Source: Cyanophora paradoxa CCMP329 (Eukaryota; Plantae; Glaucophyta). From it: DNA of 64,000 nt. Positions 50,304-63,463 of this stretch are shown piece after piece. The stretch is from positions 62,001 through 126,000 of the forward strand of contig QPMI01000026.1 of assembly GCA_004431415.1 (NCBI GenBank), read 5' to 3'. The notes beneath the pieces are model-generated. The model searched no databases and was not told the DNA's origin. It saw only the letters and a program-made list of their open reading frames with translations. The position numbers and the translations under genes are program-made. Within the stretch, counting starts at the first letter, position 1, and the number at the start of each line of letters is the position of its first letter.

Positions 50304-53185
50304 CTACAAGTCCAGGTCGTCGTCGTCATCATCCATCGCGGGGGCCGCCACCTTCTTCTTCGACTTCTTCCCCCCCGCCCCCGCCGCGGCGGCGGCGGCG
50401 CCTCCGCCGCCGCCCCCGCCCCCGCCGCCCTTCATCAGCGCCTTCATCTTCGCGATCGACGCCGCGGTCGCCGCGGCGTCCTCCTCCTCGTCTTCGCCCT
50501 CTCCCTCGCCCTCCTCGTCGTCGTCCTCGTCGTCCTCGTCTTCGTCGTCCGAGTCGCCCTTGCGGCCCCTCCGCTTGCCGGCCTTCTTCTTGCCTCCGGC
50601 GCCCTCCTCCTCCTCCTCGTCCTCCTCCTCCTCCTCCTCGTCCTCGTCCTCGTCCATCCCGTCGGGCACGTCCTCATCCTCGTCCTCGTCCTCCTCGGAG
50701 CTCTCGCTCTCCTCCTCTTCCTGCAGCAGGTCGTCCCCTGCGCCGCGCCGTCAGATTTGATCCCAGAGATATCAAGATACCCAACGGTTTCGAACCTTCG
50801 GTGAAGGTGACGAGGGGCCGGAGGGGCCGCGCGGCGCGCCGCGCGGCGTCGCCGACGCGCTGCCGGTCGATCTGGGCGAGCAGAAGGTCGAACTTGCCCT
50901 GCAGCTTCAGGAGACGCTTGAAGGAGGCTACGCGCGCGTCCACTGTCTGGTACAGGCCGGCCAGGCTCTCGCTGAGGCCGGGTACGGTGACCAGGTACCT
51001 GCCGGAGCCAGATCAAATTCGAGTTCGAATTCAAATTCGAATTTGAACCGCGGATCAAATCCGCGCACGAGGTGTGGAGCTGGAGGACGGCGCGGATCCA
51101 GACCGCCAGCGAGGCCGCCCGCGTGGGCCGCTGCGGGCGCGTGCTTAGCTAACTTTCTTCGCGCGGGAAGTGGGGAGGGTACACACCGCCTCGAACTTGG
51201 CCACGACGCGCTTCAGGAACGGCAGCACCGACGACGTCGGCAGCCGCGAGACCGTCGTCTGCGCGTACCACACACGTCAGGGGGTACAAAGCCGGGAGGG
51301 GGGTACGCGATGTGACTCGCCTGGATGACGCGCTCGTTGGTGACACGGAGGCACTGTTCCAGGAGGGTACCGTCGCCCGACTGGAGGGCCTGGACCAGCA
51401 GCGGCTGCAGCGAGTCGGCCCGCGGGGGCGCCCGCTCGGCCTTGGCGGCCCCGGCCTTGCCGCCGGCCTCGCCCTCCAGACCCAGAGCCGCGACCCGATC
51501 CTCGAGCGTCTCCTCCTCGTCCTCCTCGTCCTCGGCTACGATTCCGTCCGCCGGCGCCGGCGCCTCCTCCTCCTCCTCCTCCTCGGCCGCCCCGCCCCGC
51601 TCCTTGCGCTTCTTCTTGCTCTTCTTGTCGGCCTTGGCGCCGGCGGCGCCGCCGTCCTCGCTGGTGTCCATAGCGGCGAGGCCCGACTGGAGGCCGGCGG
51701 CAGCCATACCCGGCAGCTTCGTGTCTGCTGGGCCCAGCGTCCGCACGCGCCCGTCGCCCGCCGCCCCCGCCCCCGCCGCCGCCGCTGCTTGCTGGGGGAG
51801 CAAGAGGCCCCCGCCCTCGCCGGCCGCCGCCTCCAGCTTGACCCGCCGCTTGGGCGCGCCGCTCGCCTCGTCGACGTACGCCACGCGCTGGATGACGGGC
51901 CGCAGGGCCGATCCCCGCACGACCACGACGGCGCCGCCGGCGCCCTCCGCCTCCGCCGCGAAGTGCGCCCCGAGGACTTCCTCGCCCGCCGGCGGCTTGA
52001 TCACGCAGTCGGGCTTGCGCGCCGCGCCGGGCGCGCCCTCCGCCGCCGCCGCCGACGCGCCGCGCGCGTCGTAGCGGTAGACGTTGACGCTGCCCGACGC
52101 GGAGACGGCCAGGAAGTCGTAGAGCTCCGAGCCGTCCCGCTGCCTCCGGAAGTCCAGAGACACGGCGGAGCCGTCGAGCGTGAACGCTGCGCAGCGGCCG
52201 GGTCAGGGCGGAGCCTCGGAGGCGGGCCGGGCGCGGGCGGCGGGCGGGAGAACGGACCCTGGAGGGCGCTGGGGTTGGAGGCGGGGCCGGCCGCGTCCCA
52301 GAGCGACACGAATCGCTCCTCGGCGACCGAGCAGGAGGCGAAGAAGCGCCCGTCGCTCGAGGGGCAGAGCGCCGTGACGGGCTGCGCGTGCCCCGCGAAG
52401 CGCCGCGCCGCCTCCCGATCCGAGAGCCGGACCTGCTTGATCGTCGACGAGGCGACGATCACCTCCTCCTCGTCCGGCGGGCACAGCGCCAGCCGCTTGA
52501 GCGCGTGCTTCGCGCCCTGGAACTTGCTGCGCGAGCGGGGCGGCCCCGCCCCGCGAGTCAGCTCAAGATATCGCGCGCGCGAGCGAAGCGAGCGCCGAGA
52601 GGGCGCACCCGACCGCCGCGCCCGTGAGCAGGTCCCACTCGATGACATGCTTGTCGTCGGAGCAAGAGTAGAGGCGCGTCCCGGCTGCGTTGAAGCAGAG
52701 ATCGTTGACCCGCCGCGTGTGCCCGTCCGGCCCCACGCCCGTCCCCTCCTTGTTCGCGCCCAGGCGCCTCGCCACCTCCCCGCGCGCCAGGTCCCAGATG
52801 ACGATGAAGCCGATCTCAGTGCCCAGCGCAAGCACCGAAGACTGCGACCGCGCCGGGCGCTTCCCCTTCTTCTTCGGCGCTCCCTGCGAGTGCGTACACC
52901 GCACCGAGTGCGTCAGCGGGCAGCGCGAGGTGCTGATCGCGACCCGCCCTCGCTCGGTCGCGGCTAGCCGGCTGGCGCGGGGCGACCCCTGCGTGATCCC
53001 GGCGGACTCACCTCGGCGCCTGGCGGTGCCCACGCGACGCATGTGTACTTCACGACAAGGTGGGACGGTTCCGCGTATTCGCCGCGGAGGCTGCCGGAGC
53101 TGCAGTCCCACACTCGGATGCGCGAATCCGCCGAGACCAGCGCGAAGCTGGTCGCGCTCGCGTCGAAGGCGGAGCAGGCCGCCAT
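50304..53185 (-). CDS. WDR43: WD40 + Utp12-domain nucleolar protein UTP5/WDR43
   Basis: FALVSADSRIRVWD..YTCVAW, LALGTEIGFIVIWDL, GHTRRVNDLCF..LYSCSDDKHVIEWDL, FAGHAQPV, SLQPLLVQALQSGD..LLEQCL and ARVASFKRLLKLQGKFDLL, followed by an acidic tail. Confidence 0.92.
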
Positions 53186-53301
53186 TTCTTCCCCCCTTCT
53201 GCCGGGTACGGCTCTGGGTAGGGGTACGAGGGTCCGCAGCAGAAACAGCAGCCAGCCCCGCCGGCCTTGGAGGACACTCGGACCAGCCTAGCTAAGCAGC
53301 C

Positions 53302-54616
53302 ATGACGCAGTACTTCCCTGGGCCGCGGGGATCCCGCGATCCGATGCACATGGACCATCGCAACGTTGGCGGCTTCGATGCCATCCTGCAGGAGAAGTGC
53401 GGTCCCCGCTGCTGTGGCCGCGCTCCTCATGCTGACGGGGGATCGTAGGCTGGCACACAGGACGAAGATGATGGGAGTCAGGTGCGGCCTTCACTTGGAG
53501 AGACGTTGCCCCTGCGGGCTAGCTAAGCCGGGTGCTGCAGGTCAATCGTCGACTGCGGCAGGCCAGAGACATACGACATACTGCGAGCCAAGCAGAGGCC
53601 GAGTGAGCCCGCTCCGCGGCTCGGATGCGCAGCGGTTCGAGGTGGGCGGCTGACCGCGCCCTCGCAGAGAGCGCCATGGCAACAGTGACTCGCCCAAAGA
53701 CGGGGGACGAGTACACGGAAGTCCGGGAGGCGTTCCGGCGGGTCGCCGCGGCCAAGCCGGCGATCCAGAACTACAACCCGGCGGCCTACGGGCGGGCGCA
53801 GGCGCTGCGGGACTCGAGGGAGCGAAAGGAGGCGCGGGACAGGGAGGCGCACGAGGCCGTTCTGAGGAACATGCAGCGGCGCATGCAGGCCTACAACTCG
53901 GCCACCGAGCAGAAGAAGAAGTGCGCTCCGGGCGGGCCACGCTTCGCGCGGCCCCTCCCGCCCGCCCGCCCGCCCGCCCGGCCGACGCTCCGAGCGCGCG
54001 CAGCCCGTACAACACGGTGTACAACCCGGCGCTGATCCTGCGGCGGGGCCCCAACTCGACGGCGTACACGATCAGCGCTATCCCCGCGCGCCCCGCCTCG
54101 TCCGCCTCGCAGCGGCCCGGCACGGCCCGGAGCACCTCGTCGCTCGGCTCGTCCCGCGAGCGGCCGCAGTCGGCGCGGCGGCCGAGCGCGCGGGACCGCG
54201 ACGACGCGCTCTACGGCTCCTACACGGGCTACGGCGCCCCCTCCGCCTCCGCCTCCTCGCCCCTCGACAACGACGCGGGCGCCTTCGGCGACTCGGACCT
54301 CGTCGTACCCCGGACCGTGACGACGGAGGCGGAGATGCGGTCGGAGCTGAAGCACGCGCTGGTCTCGGCGATCGTGGCGGGGCGCCTCTACAAGTCGCGC
54401 GCGCTGACGGCCCTCTTCGAGCGCGCGGCGGCCCTCAACGCCGCCCACATCCCCTACGAGATCATACAGGCGCGCTTAGCTTAGCTTCCCGTAGCTCCAG
54501 CTCGAGCGCTCCTCGCCCGCCCGTACCCCCCGCCGGCTCTCACCGGCCGCGGGCGCGCTTCGTTCGCGCAGGACGTCGTGCTGGAGCTGAAGGCGGACCT
54601 CGCCATCGAGAACTAA
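53302..54616 (+). CDS. SPATA7-like putative ciliary protein
   Basis: N-terminal repeats HRTKMMGVRSIVDC..P and FRRVAAAKPAIQN..P. The C-terminus AIVAGRLYKSRALTALFER..N..IIQ/DVVLELKADL resembles the SPATA7 C-terminal region. Confidence 0.5.
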
Positions 54617-55312
54617 CTAGCCAGCCGCGGCTCTAGATCTAACTAGCCTCCGGCCGTCTCGGGAGCCGAGGCTGGCTCTGTCCCCCATGGCCATCCGCCC
54701 GCCCGCGCGCCTGCAGCTGCTCCCCCCACCCCGCCCCGCCAGGTCCCGGCCCGTCGCTCCGGTCCTCTCTTCCATTCGCGCTCAGCTCAGATACCCCCTC
54801 TTCCTCCCCTCCGCCGCTTGTTCAGATTGAGCGTATGTAGTTTAAGAGCGGGCGGCGCAGCCCAAGGCCAAGAACTTCGGAACGTCGCTCAGACGCGGGG
54901 GGATTGCTGGGCTGGGGCGCCGGCCGGCTCAGCACCTTCAGCAAACTAGCACTGTTCGAGCCGACTCAGCAGTGGAACTCGGCGCGGGGCCGGGGCGGGC
55001 ACGCCGTGACACAACAAAACGGTCCCCTTAGGGAGTTGAACGGACTGCAGGGGAGCATGTGTGATCTGGCAAGCCTAAGGTAGCGGTGACTGCAGCCCCT
55101 CTAAGAAGCGTTCTGTGAGGCAGCCAAGAGCACGCGCTTCGGCTGAAGGCGCTCTGAGGCCCAGCACGCCCGGCATCGCTCAGCGTCGACAGTCGGCATA
55201 GCTAGGCGTCCTGGCCGCACGCTCGGTCTTCTTTGTTGCCCGAAGAGCGGGTTGCACCGCTCGGACGGCGCCCGCCGCGGCCGCATGACGAAGTGAGCCG
55301 CCGAAAGGGCCG

Positions 55313-57000
55313 ATGCGGGGCGAGCTGGTCCCCGTTTCGGAGCTGGAGGAGGCGCGGGCGGAGCTCGCGCGCCTCGAGGAGGCCGAGGAGCAGGGCCGCG
55401 CCGTCGGCCGCGCCGTAGCCGCGCTCCGCGCCCTCGAGGCCGGCCCCGAGGCCGCCGGGAGCGACGCGGTGCACGAGGCCGCCCACGTACTCGCGCAGAT
55501 GGGCGCTGAGACCGCCAATTCCGGTGCCCTCCGAGCGGCGCCCGCGCTCATCTGCACTCCTTTCTCACGCCGCGCGCGCCCCAGAGGCCTTTGCGGAAGC
55601 GCTGTGGCGTGCGGGCGGCGGATACGCGCTCTACGGCCTCGTCTCGAGCCGCGACCTCGAGCTCTCGAGCCTGGGGATCTACGCGTGGGCGGCCGCCGCC
55701 GGCGCCCTCTCGCCGGGGGCCGGCGAGCTGCGGCGCGAGCTGCTGCCGGCCGCCGACATCGCCGCGCGCGTCTTCGTCGCTCTGGCGGCCCTCGAGGCGC
55801 CCCCGCCGCCCAAGCGCCCCACCAGCGCCGGCGCACACGGCGCCCCGCGGGCCCTCGGCCACGCCCCGGTGCCCGCCCGGGCTCCGCTGCGGCGGCGGCG
55901 GCGGGGCGGGGGCGGGCGCTGGCGCCGCGGCGGCCCGGGACGAGGCCTCAGAGGGCCGCCGCCGCCTCCTCCTCGCGGCCACCCGCGTCCTCCACGCCTA
56001 CGCCCTCGGTCCGCCCCCGGCCCCCCGCCCTCGCGCCCGTACCCCTCGCCTCATCTGACCGAGGGGCCCGCCGGGGGGGGGGGTACAGACTTCGAGGAGC
56101 CGGCGTGCCTGCGCCGGCCCGACGTGCACGAGGCGCTGAGGGCCGTGGCCGCGGGGACCGACCCTGCCCCGCCCGCTGGCGCCCCCCCGCCCCCCCCCCG
56201 CGAGGCCGCGCGCTCCCTCGAGGGCGTACCCCTCCTCCGCCTGCTCGCCCGCTCCGCCCTCCGCGCCCTCCGCTCCCTCCGTGCGTACCCCCCCCCCCTC
56301 TCCCCCAGCCGATCTCATGGTACCCCGCAGCGGCGAAGCACGTCGAGCGGGCCGAGGCCGGCCGCACCGGCGAGCGATCCCTGTACCCCCCGCCGGTACC
56401 CGCACCCCTTCCGCCTTCCTCCCCGCCCTGCAGCCGACGCTCCGCAGGAGCTGGAGGCGGCGGGGGCGCCGTGGGGCCGCCCGCTGCCCTCGGAGCTGAT
56501 GGTCGCGACGGTGGGCGCCGCCGGCTTCCGCCCCGCCCGCCGGAGCGGCGGGGGCGAGCTGCTCCGCGCCCGCCTTGCGCCGGGCCCGCCCCCGCCCGAC
56601 GGGGCGGGGGCGCCCTGGCTGCTGGAGCCCCCCGGGGCGCCGGTGGGCCTGCCGGTGCAGCGGAGCCCCTTCCGCCCCGCGTCGGCGGCGAGCCCCCTCG
56701 CGGAGCACCCGGCGCGGGGCCCCGCCGCCCGCCAGGCCGCCGCCGCCGAGCGCCGCCGCGCCCTCCACGCCCCTCGCCGGCCCCGGCCGGCCCGCGGCCC
56801 GCGCGGCCGGCCCCGGAGCCGGCGCTGCAGGCGTGGGCGGGGCCGGCGGGGGGCGGGCGGCGGGGGCGGCGCGGGTCGGGTCGACGCGGCTGGCGAACAC
56901 GCTGCGGCGGCTGCAGGGCGGGGCCGGCGGCCCGGCGCCCTCGCCGCTCTGGCGCACCACAGAGTAGGCACTCCGGGGACCCTGCGACCATGGCCATGAC
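55313..57000 (+). CDS. Hypothetical alpha-helical (ARM-like) protein, multi-exon
   Basis: Ala/Leu-rich exons such as AVHEAAHVLAQM/AFAEALWRAGGGYALYGLVSSRDLELSSLG, separated by short introns. Boundaries are uncertain and frameshifts are likely in the GC runs. Confidence 0.4.
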
Positions 57001-57427
57001 CCGGCCCCGCCGCCCCCGGCCCCGCCGCCCCGGCCCCGGCCGCCGCCCGCCGCCCGGCCCCTCGAGCGCCCTGTCCTCGGCCGTCCGTCCGCACCCCCCC
57101 CCCCCCCCCCCCCCCCCCGCCTCCACCCCCCTGCAAGGCCTATTAGGGTCGGTGCCTCTTGGGCCCGGGGCGCTGGGCCCCCCCTTCCCCTCCACTGCAT
57201 TCGTGCACTCCGATCCGGTTCCAAATGCAATGCGTGCATAATTAGCCCAAATGCTAAGCGCCGGGCCGGCGACTGGGCTGCAGACGTGGCCGAAGGGGCG
57301 AACGTTATCTTCCAATCTTGCTTAATCATGATATAATATTATAATTACTCAATCTAGCTATAGTCACCTCGAATTCTTCGTATTCTTCGCTTTTCGTTTG
57401 TCATCTTCCTTTTGACGCGTTCCTTGG

Positions 57428-60400
57428 TCAAGCGCCCTTCAACTTCGCTGTGACACCCTCCAGTGCCCCGCGAACCGTCTCCGTCCTCTCGTGCTGGGGC
57501 CCCTGGGTCCGCTCCAGCGCCGCCAGCGCCGCCTGCGCATGTGACCCGGGATCAAATTAGTATTCGAAACTTCGCGAAACTTCGCGTCGCGCGCCTCGAG
57601 GAGCGACGCGGCCTCGGAGAGGGCCTCCCTCGCGTCCAGCTTCGAGAGGAGGTCCCCGAGGCAGTACATAGACCATGCCGTGTCCGCGTGCTCCGGGCCC
57701 AGCCCCGGCGCCTTCTTGTAGATCTGCAGAACCTCCTGCGAAGGGCGGGCCAGGTCAGGGCCTTGGGCTAAGAAGCACTAGTACTGCCAAGATGATCCAG
57801 ATTTACGCGCGCCGCACCTAGTACATGAGCCGTGCCGCTGCGTAGTCGCCCTGCTGCTCTAGCAGCGTGGCCAGGTTGTGCATCGTTGCCGCGACGTTCG
57901 GGTGCTCTGGTCCGTGCACCTTCTTGTATACCCGCAGCGCCTCCTGCGAAACGTGGGCCGGGGTAGACATCAGAGCATTGGAGGACAGAGCGCGGATGAG
58001 AGAATCCAGAGTAACGCGTGCCGCACCTCGTACATGGGCCGTGCCGCAGCGTGGTCGTCCAGCTTTGTCTGCAGAAGACTGCCCAGGGTCAACATCATCT
58101 GTGCGACATCCGGGTGCTCCGGCCCGTGCACTTTCTTGTAGACCTGCAGCACCTCCTGCGGGGGGCGAGATGGGGTCGGGGCCACGGAGGAAGAAGCACG
58201 GCTGAGACGATCCAGGGCGACACGTGAAGCACCTCGTACATGGACCGCGCCGCCGCGTAGTCTTCCTGCTCCCTCAGCAGGTTGGCCAGGTTCGTCATCG
58301 TCCCTGCAACCTCAAGGTGCTCCGGCCCCAGCGCGGTTTTGTAGATCCGTAATGCCTCCTGCGGAATTCAAAGGCGGGCCAGAATCGGGACGTCGGAAGA
58401 AGGAGCACGGCCAGCGCTACGCCGATTTGATTTAGTGCGATGCGTGCCGCACCTCGAACATTGTCCGCGCCGCAGCGAAGTCGCCTTTGCCCTCCAGCAG
58501 GGTGGCCAGGTTATGCATTGTCGTCGCGACGTCCGGGTGCTCCGGCCCGAGCGCCTTCTTGCGCAGCTGCAGCGCCGCCTGCGAGGGACGGGCCAGGTTC
58601 GGCCAAGACGATACCGATGGATGCTCACTGCACCTCGAACATGGTATGCGCATCCGCAGAGTTGCCCTGGATCGATAGCAGACGGGCCAAATTGCTCATT
58701 GTCTGGGCAACGTCCGGGTGCTCCGGCCCCAGCGCCTTCTTTTGCAGCCGCAGCGCCTCCTGCGAGGGGGGTGCCACGTCAGGGCCTCGGAAAACAAGGC
58801 CGGCCAATATGATGGCGCCGTCTGAGCGGGCTGGAATCGGATCCTCGGAGGAAGCTAAAGGAGATCGGCTAAAACAATCCAGACGCACGCCGCGCCGCAC
58901 CTCGTACATGGGCCGTGCGGCTGCGTAGTCGCCCTCCCGATCTAGCAGGGCGGCCAGGTTCTGCATCGCCAGCGCGACTTCCGGGTGCTCCGGCCCGTGC
59001 GCCTTCTTGTAGACCCGCAGCGCCTCCTGCGAGGGGCAATCGCGAGTCGGGGTGGGGGCCTTGTCGGAACGGGCACAGCAATGAGGATCTAAACGGACGA
59101 GCACCGCACCTCGTACATGGGCCGCGCCGCCGCGTGGTCGCCCTGCTCCGACAGCAGGGCGCCCAGGTTCAACATCGCGTCAGCGACGCTTGTGTGCTCC
59201 GGCCCCAGCGCCGTCGTGCGGATCCGCAGCACCTCCTGTGATCACGATGGCAAGGGGCGGGCCGGGGTCGGGGCCCCGGAGGAAGCAACAACAGCTGAGA
59301 CAATCCAGAGCGACACGTTACGCACCTCGTACATGGGCCGCGCCGCCGCGGAGTCTCCCTGATTGTGCAGCACTTGGGCCAGGCTCTGTATCGTCGACGC
59401 AACTTTTGGGTGATCCGGCCCCAGCGCCTTCTTGAAGATCCGCAGCGCCTCCTGTGAGGGGCAGGCTGGGATCGGCGCCTCGGAGGAAAGAACCCGGTCA
59501 AGAGATTAAGAGGGGCGTAGAGTCGCACCTCGTTAAGGCCCCGCGCCGCCGCGTAGTCGCCCTGGTTTATCAGCAGGTTGGCAAGGTTCACCATCGTCCC
59601 CGCAAAGTCTGGGTGCTCCGGCCCCAGCGCCCGCTTCTGGACCTCCAGCGCCTCCTGCAAGATGCGGGCCAGGCCAGGGGCTTCAAAAGAAGGAGAGAGG
59701 CCAATTGCAAGATGATACAGACGGATGCGGGACAGACCTCGTACATGGGCCGCGCCGCCGCGTAGTCGCCCTGATCCTTCAGCAGCATGGCCAGGCTTTC
59801 GATTGTGTTCGCAACGTACGGGTGCCCCGGACCCAGCGCCTGCTTCTGGATCTGCAGCGTCTCCTGCGAGCGGCGGGCCAGGGTCGGGGCCATCTAAAAT
59901 TCTCAGAGGGACGCGCGCCGCACCTCGAGCATGGGCCGCGCTGCCGCGTAGTCGCCCTGGTTCTTCAGCAGGTTGGCCAGGTTCCTCATCGTCTGGGCGA
60001 CGAGCGGGTCCTCCGGCCCCAGCACCTTCTTGTACACCTGTAGCGCCTCCTGCGAGGGTCGGGTCAGGGACGGGGCCTCGGAGGATGGAGCAACGCTACG
60101 ACGATCCAGAGGGAGGTGCGCCGCACCTCGAACAGGGGCCGCGACTCCTTGTAGTTGCCCTGGGTCAATAGCAGAAGGGCCAAATTGTTCATCATCTGCG
60201 CAACAAATGCGTCCTCCGGTCCCAGCTCCTTCTTGCTAAGCCGCAGCGCCTCCTGCTCCAGCGCAGGAAGTTCGGGTGAGCAATCCGTGGCTGGATTTTA
60301 TTGGATGAGCGCAGCACCTGCAGGAACGGGATGCCTTCTCGCGCCCGCCCCATCGTCTGCAGCAAGTTGCCAGCGCTGTTCAGGGCTTCGGGATCTGCAT

Positions 60401-63400
60401 CCTCGCTCCCCAGCCGGAGCGATTCGGCATAGCGCGACGCCGCCTCGTCGGACCGCCCGCTCGCGAGCCACAGCTCCACCAGCTCGTAATCGTCCAGGCG
60501 CCCAAGGACGTCGGCGTCGCACAGGATGCCCGCCAGGCGTTCCGCCAAGTTGGGCCCGCCCCGCGCCAGCGCCCACGGGCCCTCCTCCGCCCGCCGCTGC
60601 GAGGCCGGCTGCGCGGCAAAGAACTCGCCCAGCCGCGCGTGGACGGCCGCCCGGCGCTCGGCTGCTCCTTCGCCCGCGAGACCGAACTCGAGCTCCGCCG
60701 CCTCGGCCGTGCAGCGGTGGAAGAAGGCGTACGGGCCGTCCCGGCACACGACCAGGCCCAGGAAGTCGTGCCAGAACAGCGACCACGTCACCTCGTTCGG
60801 CTCGCCGCTCGCATCCACGCCCACCAACGCCTTCAGCTCGTCCTCCGCCATCCCGTGCCGCGCGCACGCGATGGCAGACGCGACGTCCCGCGCCAGGGCC
60901 GCGCCGTGGCGCGAGGCGAGGCGGCGCAGGACGAGGCGGAAGAGGTCCCGCGGCTCGACGCCGCAGGCGAGGAACGTGTCGATGTCGGCGTCGAGGTTCG
61001 CGTGGACGGAGACGTTCGAGAGCTCGTCGAGGAGGACGGTCAGGAAGAGCGCGTTGCGGCACGCCTCCGCCCCCACGATCCGCTCGAGGCGCTCGTCGGA
61101 GAGGGCGCGCCCCTGCTCGCCGAGCACGCCCTCGACCAGCCTCCGGCGCCGGGGCCCGGTGAGGGGCGCGATCTCGCGGGCGATGTGTACTCTCGCCATC
61201 GCGGCGTCCAGGGTCGGGCCTGCGGTGCTGCGTTGGCAAGACACACATTCTTTACTGCGACGGAACCAGCACCTCGCAGGCTCGAGACGAGGATGCGGAG
61301 GCGGGGGCCGGCGGCGGGCGGGAGCCACGCGAGGCTGTGCACGGCGGGGTCGCCCCGCAGCTGGTCCAGGCCGTCCAGGACGAGGACGGTGCGGAAGGGC
61401 CAGCCGGCGCTGGCAGCGAGGAAGGCGCTCAGGCGGGCCGCCACCTCCGCGTCCGTGCCGTGCAGGTCGATCGCCTCGGCCCCGGGCCACCGGCCCTGGA
61501 CCTCCTCGCTGAGGCGCCTGCCGTGCAAACCCGGGTCATCGGGGAGAGCGAGGGACGAAGAACGAGTTGGGTACGCGGACCGGGCGACCGACGCGAGCAG
61601 CGAGCTGCTCTGGGATCCACCAATGAAGTGCACAACCACCAGGTCGTCGGGGTACGACAAATTCCACTCCCGAGCCCAGTTCGCAAGCAGCGCTGCGCGG
61701 CCCCACCGTCAGCGACGGGACAGTGCGCGCGCGTGGCCCAACGAAGGGCGGCGGACCGCTCTTGCCGCAGCCGCCCTCGCCGTGTAGGACGAGGATCTCG
61801 GGGCCCGAGGCCGCCGCGTAGGCGTGCAGGGCGGCAACGTCCTCCGCGTTGCGCACGAAGACGCGCTGCCGCGACGCCGCGAAGGCCTCGTGCTGCGCCC
61901 GCTCCGCCTCCAGCCACGGCCGCTCCTTCTCGAGGGGATACTCCTGTTCAAGCATCTGCAGCCGCGGTCAGGGCGGAGGCAAACGATCGGTGCAGGGGTA
62001 CGGGCGCACCGCCTTGAGAGCGTCGCGCATGGCGAGGGCGAGCCGCTGGGCGTCGGTGTACTCGGCGACGGGCAGGCCCGCCGCTCGGATCTCGCCCTTC
62101 AGCGCTTCCAGGCGCTGCTCGGCGTAGGGGCCCTCCCCGGCCCCGCCGGTAGAGACCGCGTCCCGCATCAGGCCCGGCCCGGCCACGTAGAACAGGCTCC
62201 TGCCTCGCATCGCCTGAGGGCGGATCGTGAGGACAAGGGGCGGAGGGAAGAGAAGGCGGGAGGAGGCCGGCCGGGTCGCACCTCGAGGCGCGAGGCGGGC
62301 GGGCCGGCCCCTCCGGGCCGCGCCGCGCCTCCGAGCACGCCGGCGCGGATCTCTGCGCGCGGCCCGATCAGAAAACGGCCGCGGCCCGGCGCCCGCTCGC
62401 GCACCGATCTCGGTCACGCTGCGGTCATCCCACTCGTGCACCCAGGGGAAATCGTCCGCGGCGCAATCGAGGTTCCTGCCCCGCCCGCCCTGGCTTCAGC
62501 GGCACTTCGAAGAGAGTCGGGGACCGGAGAGGTGGGGGCGCACATGCGAAAGAGGGCGTTGCCCGTGTCGTTGGGAGGCGCGTCGGGTTGCAGGTGCCAC
62601 CCGTAGCGAGCCTGCGCCGCGCCGCGTGAGCAGGGGCCCCGAGGCCCGAGGCCCCGGGCCTCGATCTCGCGAGCAGGACGGGCGGCACCTTGAGCAGGCC
62701 GACGAAGTGCGTGCTCCGATCCACCTCCCGCAGGCACAGTAGGGTCACCAGGCCCGCCTGGCACGCCTCCTCGTTGATGCCCCACCTGTGGCCGCGCCCG
62801 GCGGGATCAGCGCGAGGGAAGCCCAAAGCAGAGCACAAGCGGGCGGGCCTGAGATCGACGCAGTGGAAGAAGAGGCCGCGCTCCGCGCACATCGCCTTCA
62901 GCGTCGGGTTCACGAAGCTCCGGATGGCGTCCCGCTCCGCCTGCATGTCCTCTGCCGGCACGCGCGCACGGGTCGATGTCAGAGGGGCGGGCGGGCCGCG
63001 CTGGGCTAGAAGCGCTCGGCCGCGCGCGCGCACGGAAGGTTGAGGAGACGAAGATGCGCACGACGCGCTTCTGGGCCAGCAGGCCGTCCCGCCGCGCCGC
63101 CGAGGGAGCAGGGGCCGTCTTGGGAGCGCTAGCTGTAGCGTGCACGTGGGCTTCGGCGGCCGCGGCTTTGGGAGCGACCGCTGGCGAGTCCACATGTACA
63201 GGCACGCCGTGCACGATGATCTGCTGTGGTGGCCCATCCTGGGGCGGCTTCGATGCAGGCTGCGGGGCGGTGGATGAGGCCGCCGGCGCCCCCGCAGCCA
63301 ACTTTTCGATCGGCGGGCTCGCGGATGCAGGCGGTGCGCGTTTCGCCTGGCCCGCGGATGCAGCTGACCGGTCTAGGTCTAACTCTGCGGTGCCGGCTGC

Positions 63401-63463
63401 GGTGGATCCCCCGGAAGAGACTGCATTCCCTGTTCCGACTGCTTGAGAGCTGCCACACCCCAT
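57428..63463 (-). CDS. N-acylated DUF4062 - NACHT-like STAND NTPase - TPR protein (NPHP3/TTC41/TEP1-like, NLR architecture)
   Basis: MGCGSS N-terminus. DUF4062: RIFVSSTF/EDMQAERD..VDLR/WGI..CLREVD..FVGLL/ARYGW. Walker A GEGGCGKS and Walker B LVLDGLDQL. Further motifs NALFL..LDEL, GMAEDEL, FFH and RRAEEGPW. Then 12 TPR exons plus capping exons, with TGA at 57428-57430. Confidence 0.9.
57818..60252 (-). repeat. Array of 12 one-TPR-per-exon modules
   Basis: Exons 60127-60252, 59924-60049, 59738-59863, 59529-59654, 59326-59451, 59110-59235, 58901-59026, 58634-58759, 58453-58578, 58233-58358 and 57818-57943 are 126 nt each, and 58027-58155 is 129 nt. All are phase 0, bounded by CAG| and |GT. Confidence 0.95.

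Noticed and set aside
57428-63463. Direct functional link between the NLR-like gene and the ubiquitin island
   Set aside because: They are separated by ~7.5 kb of unrelated genes. Proximity alone is not evidence, so they are reported separately.
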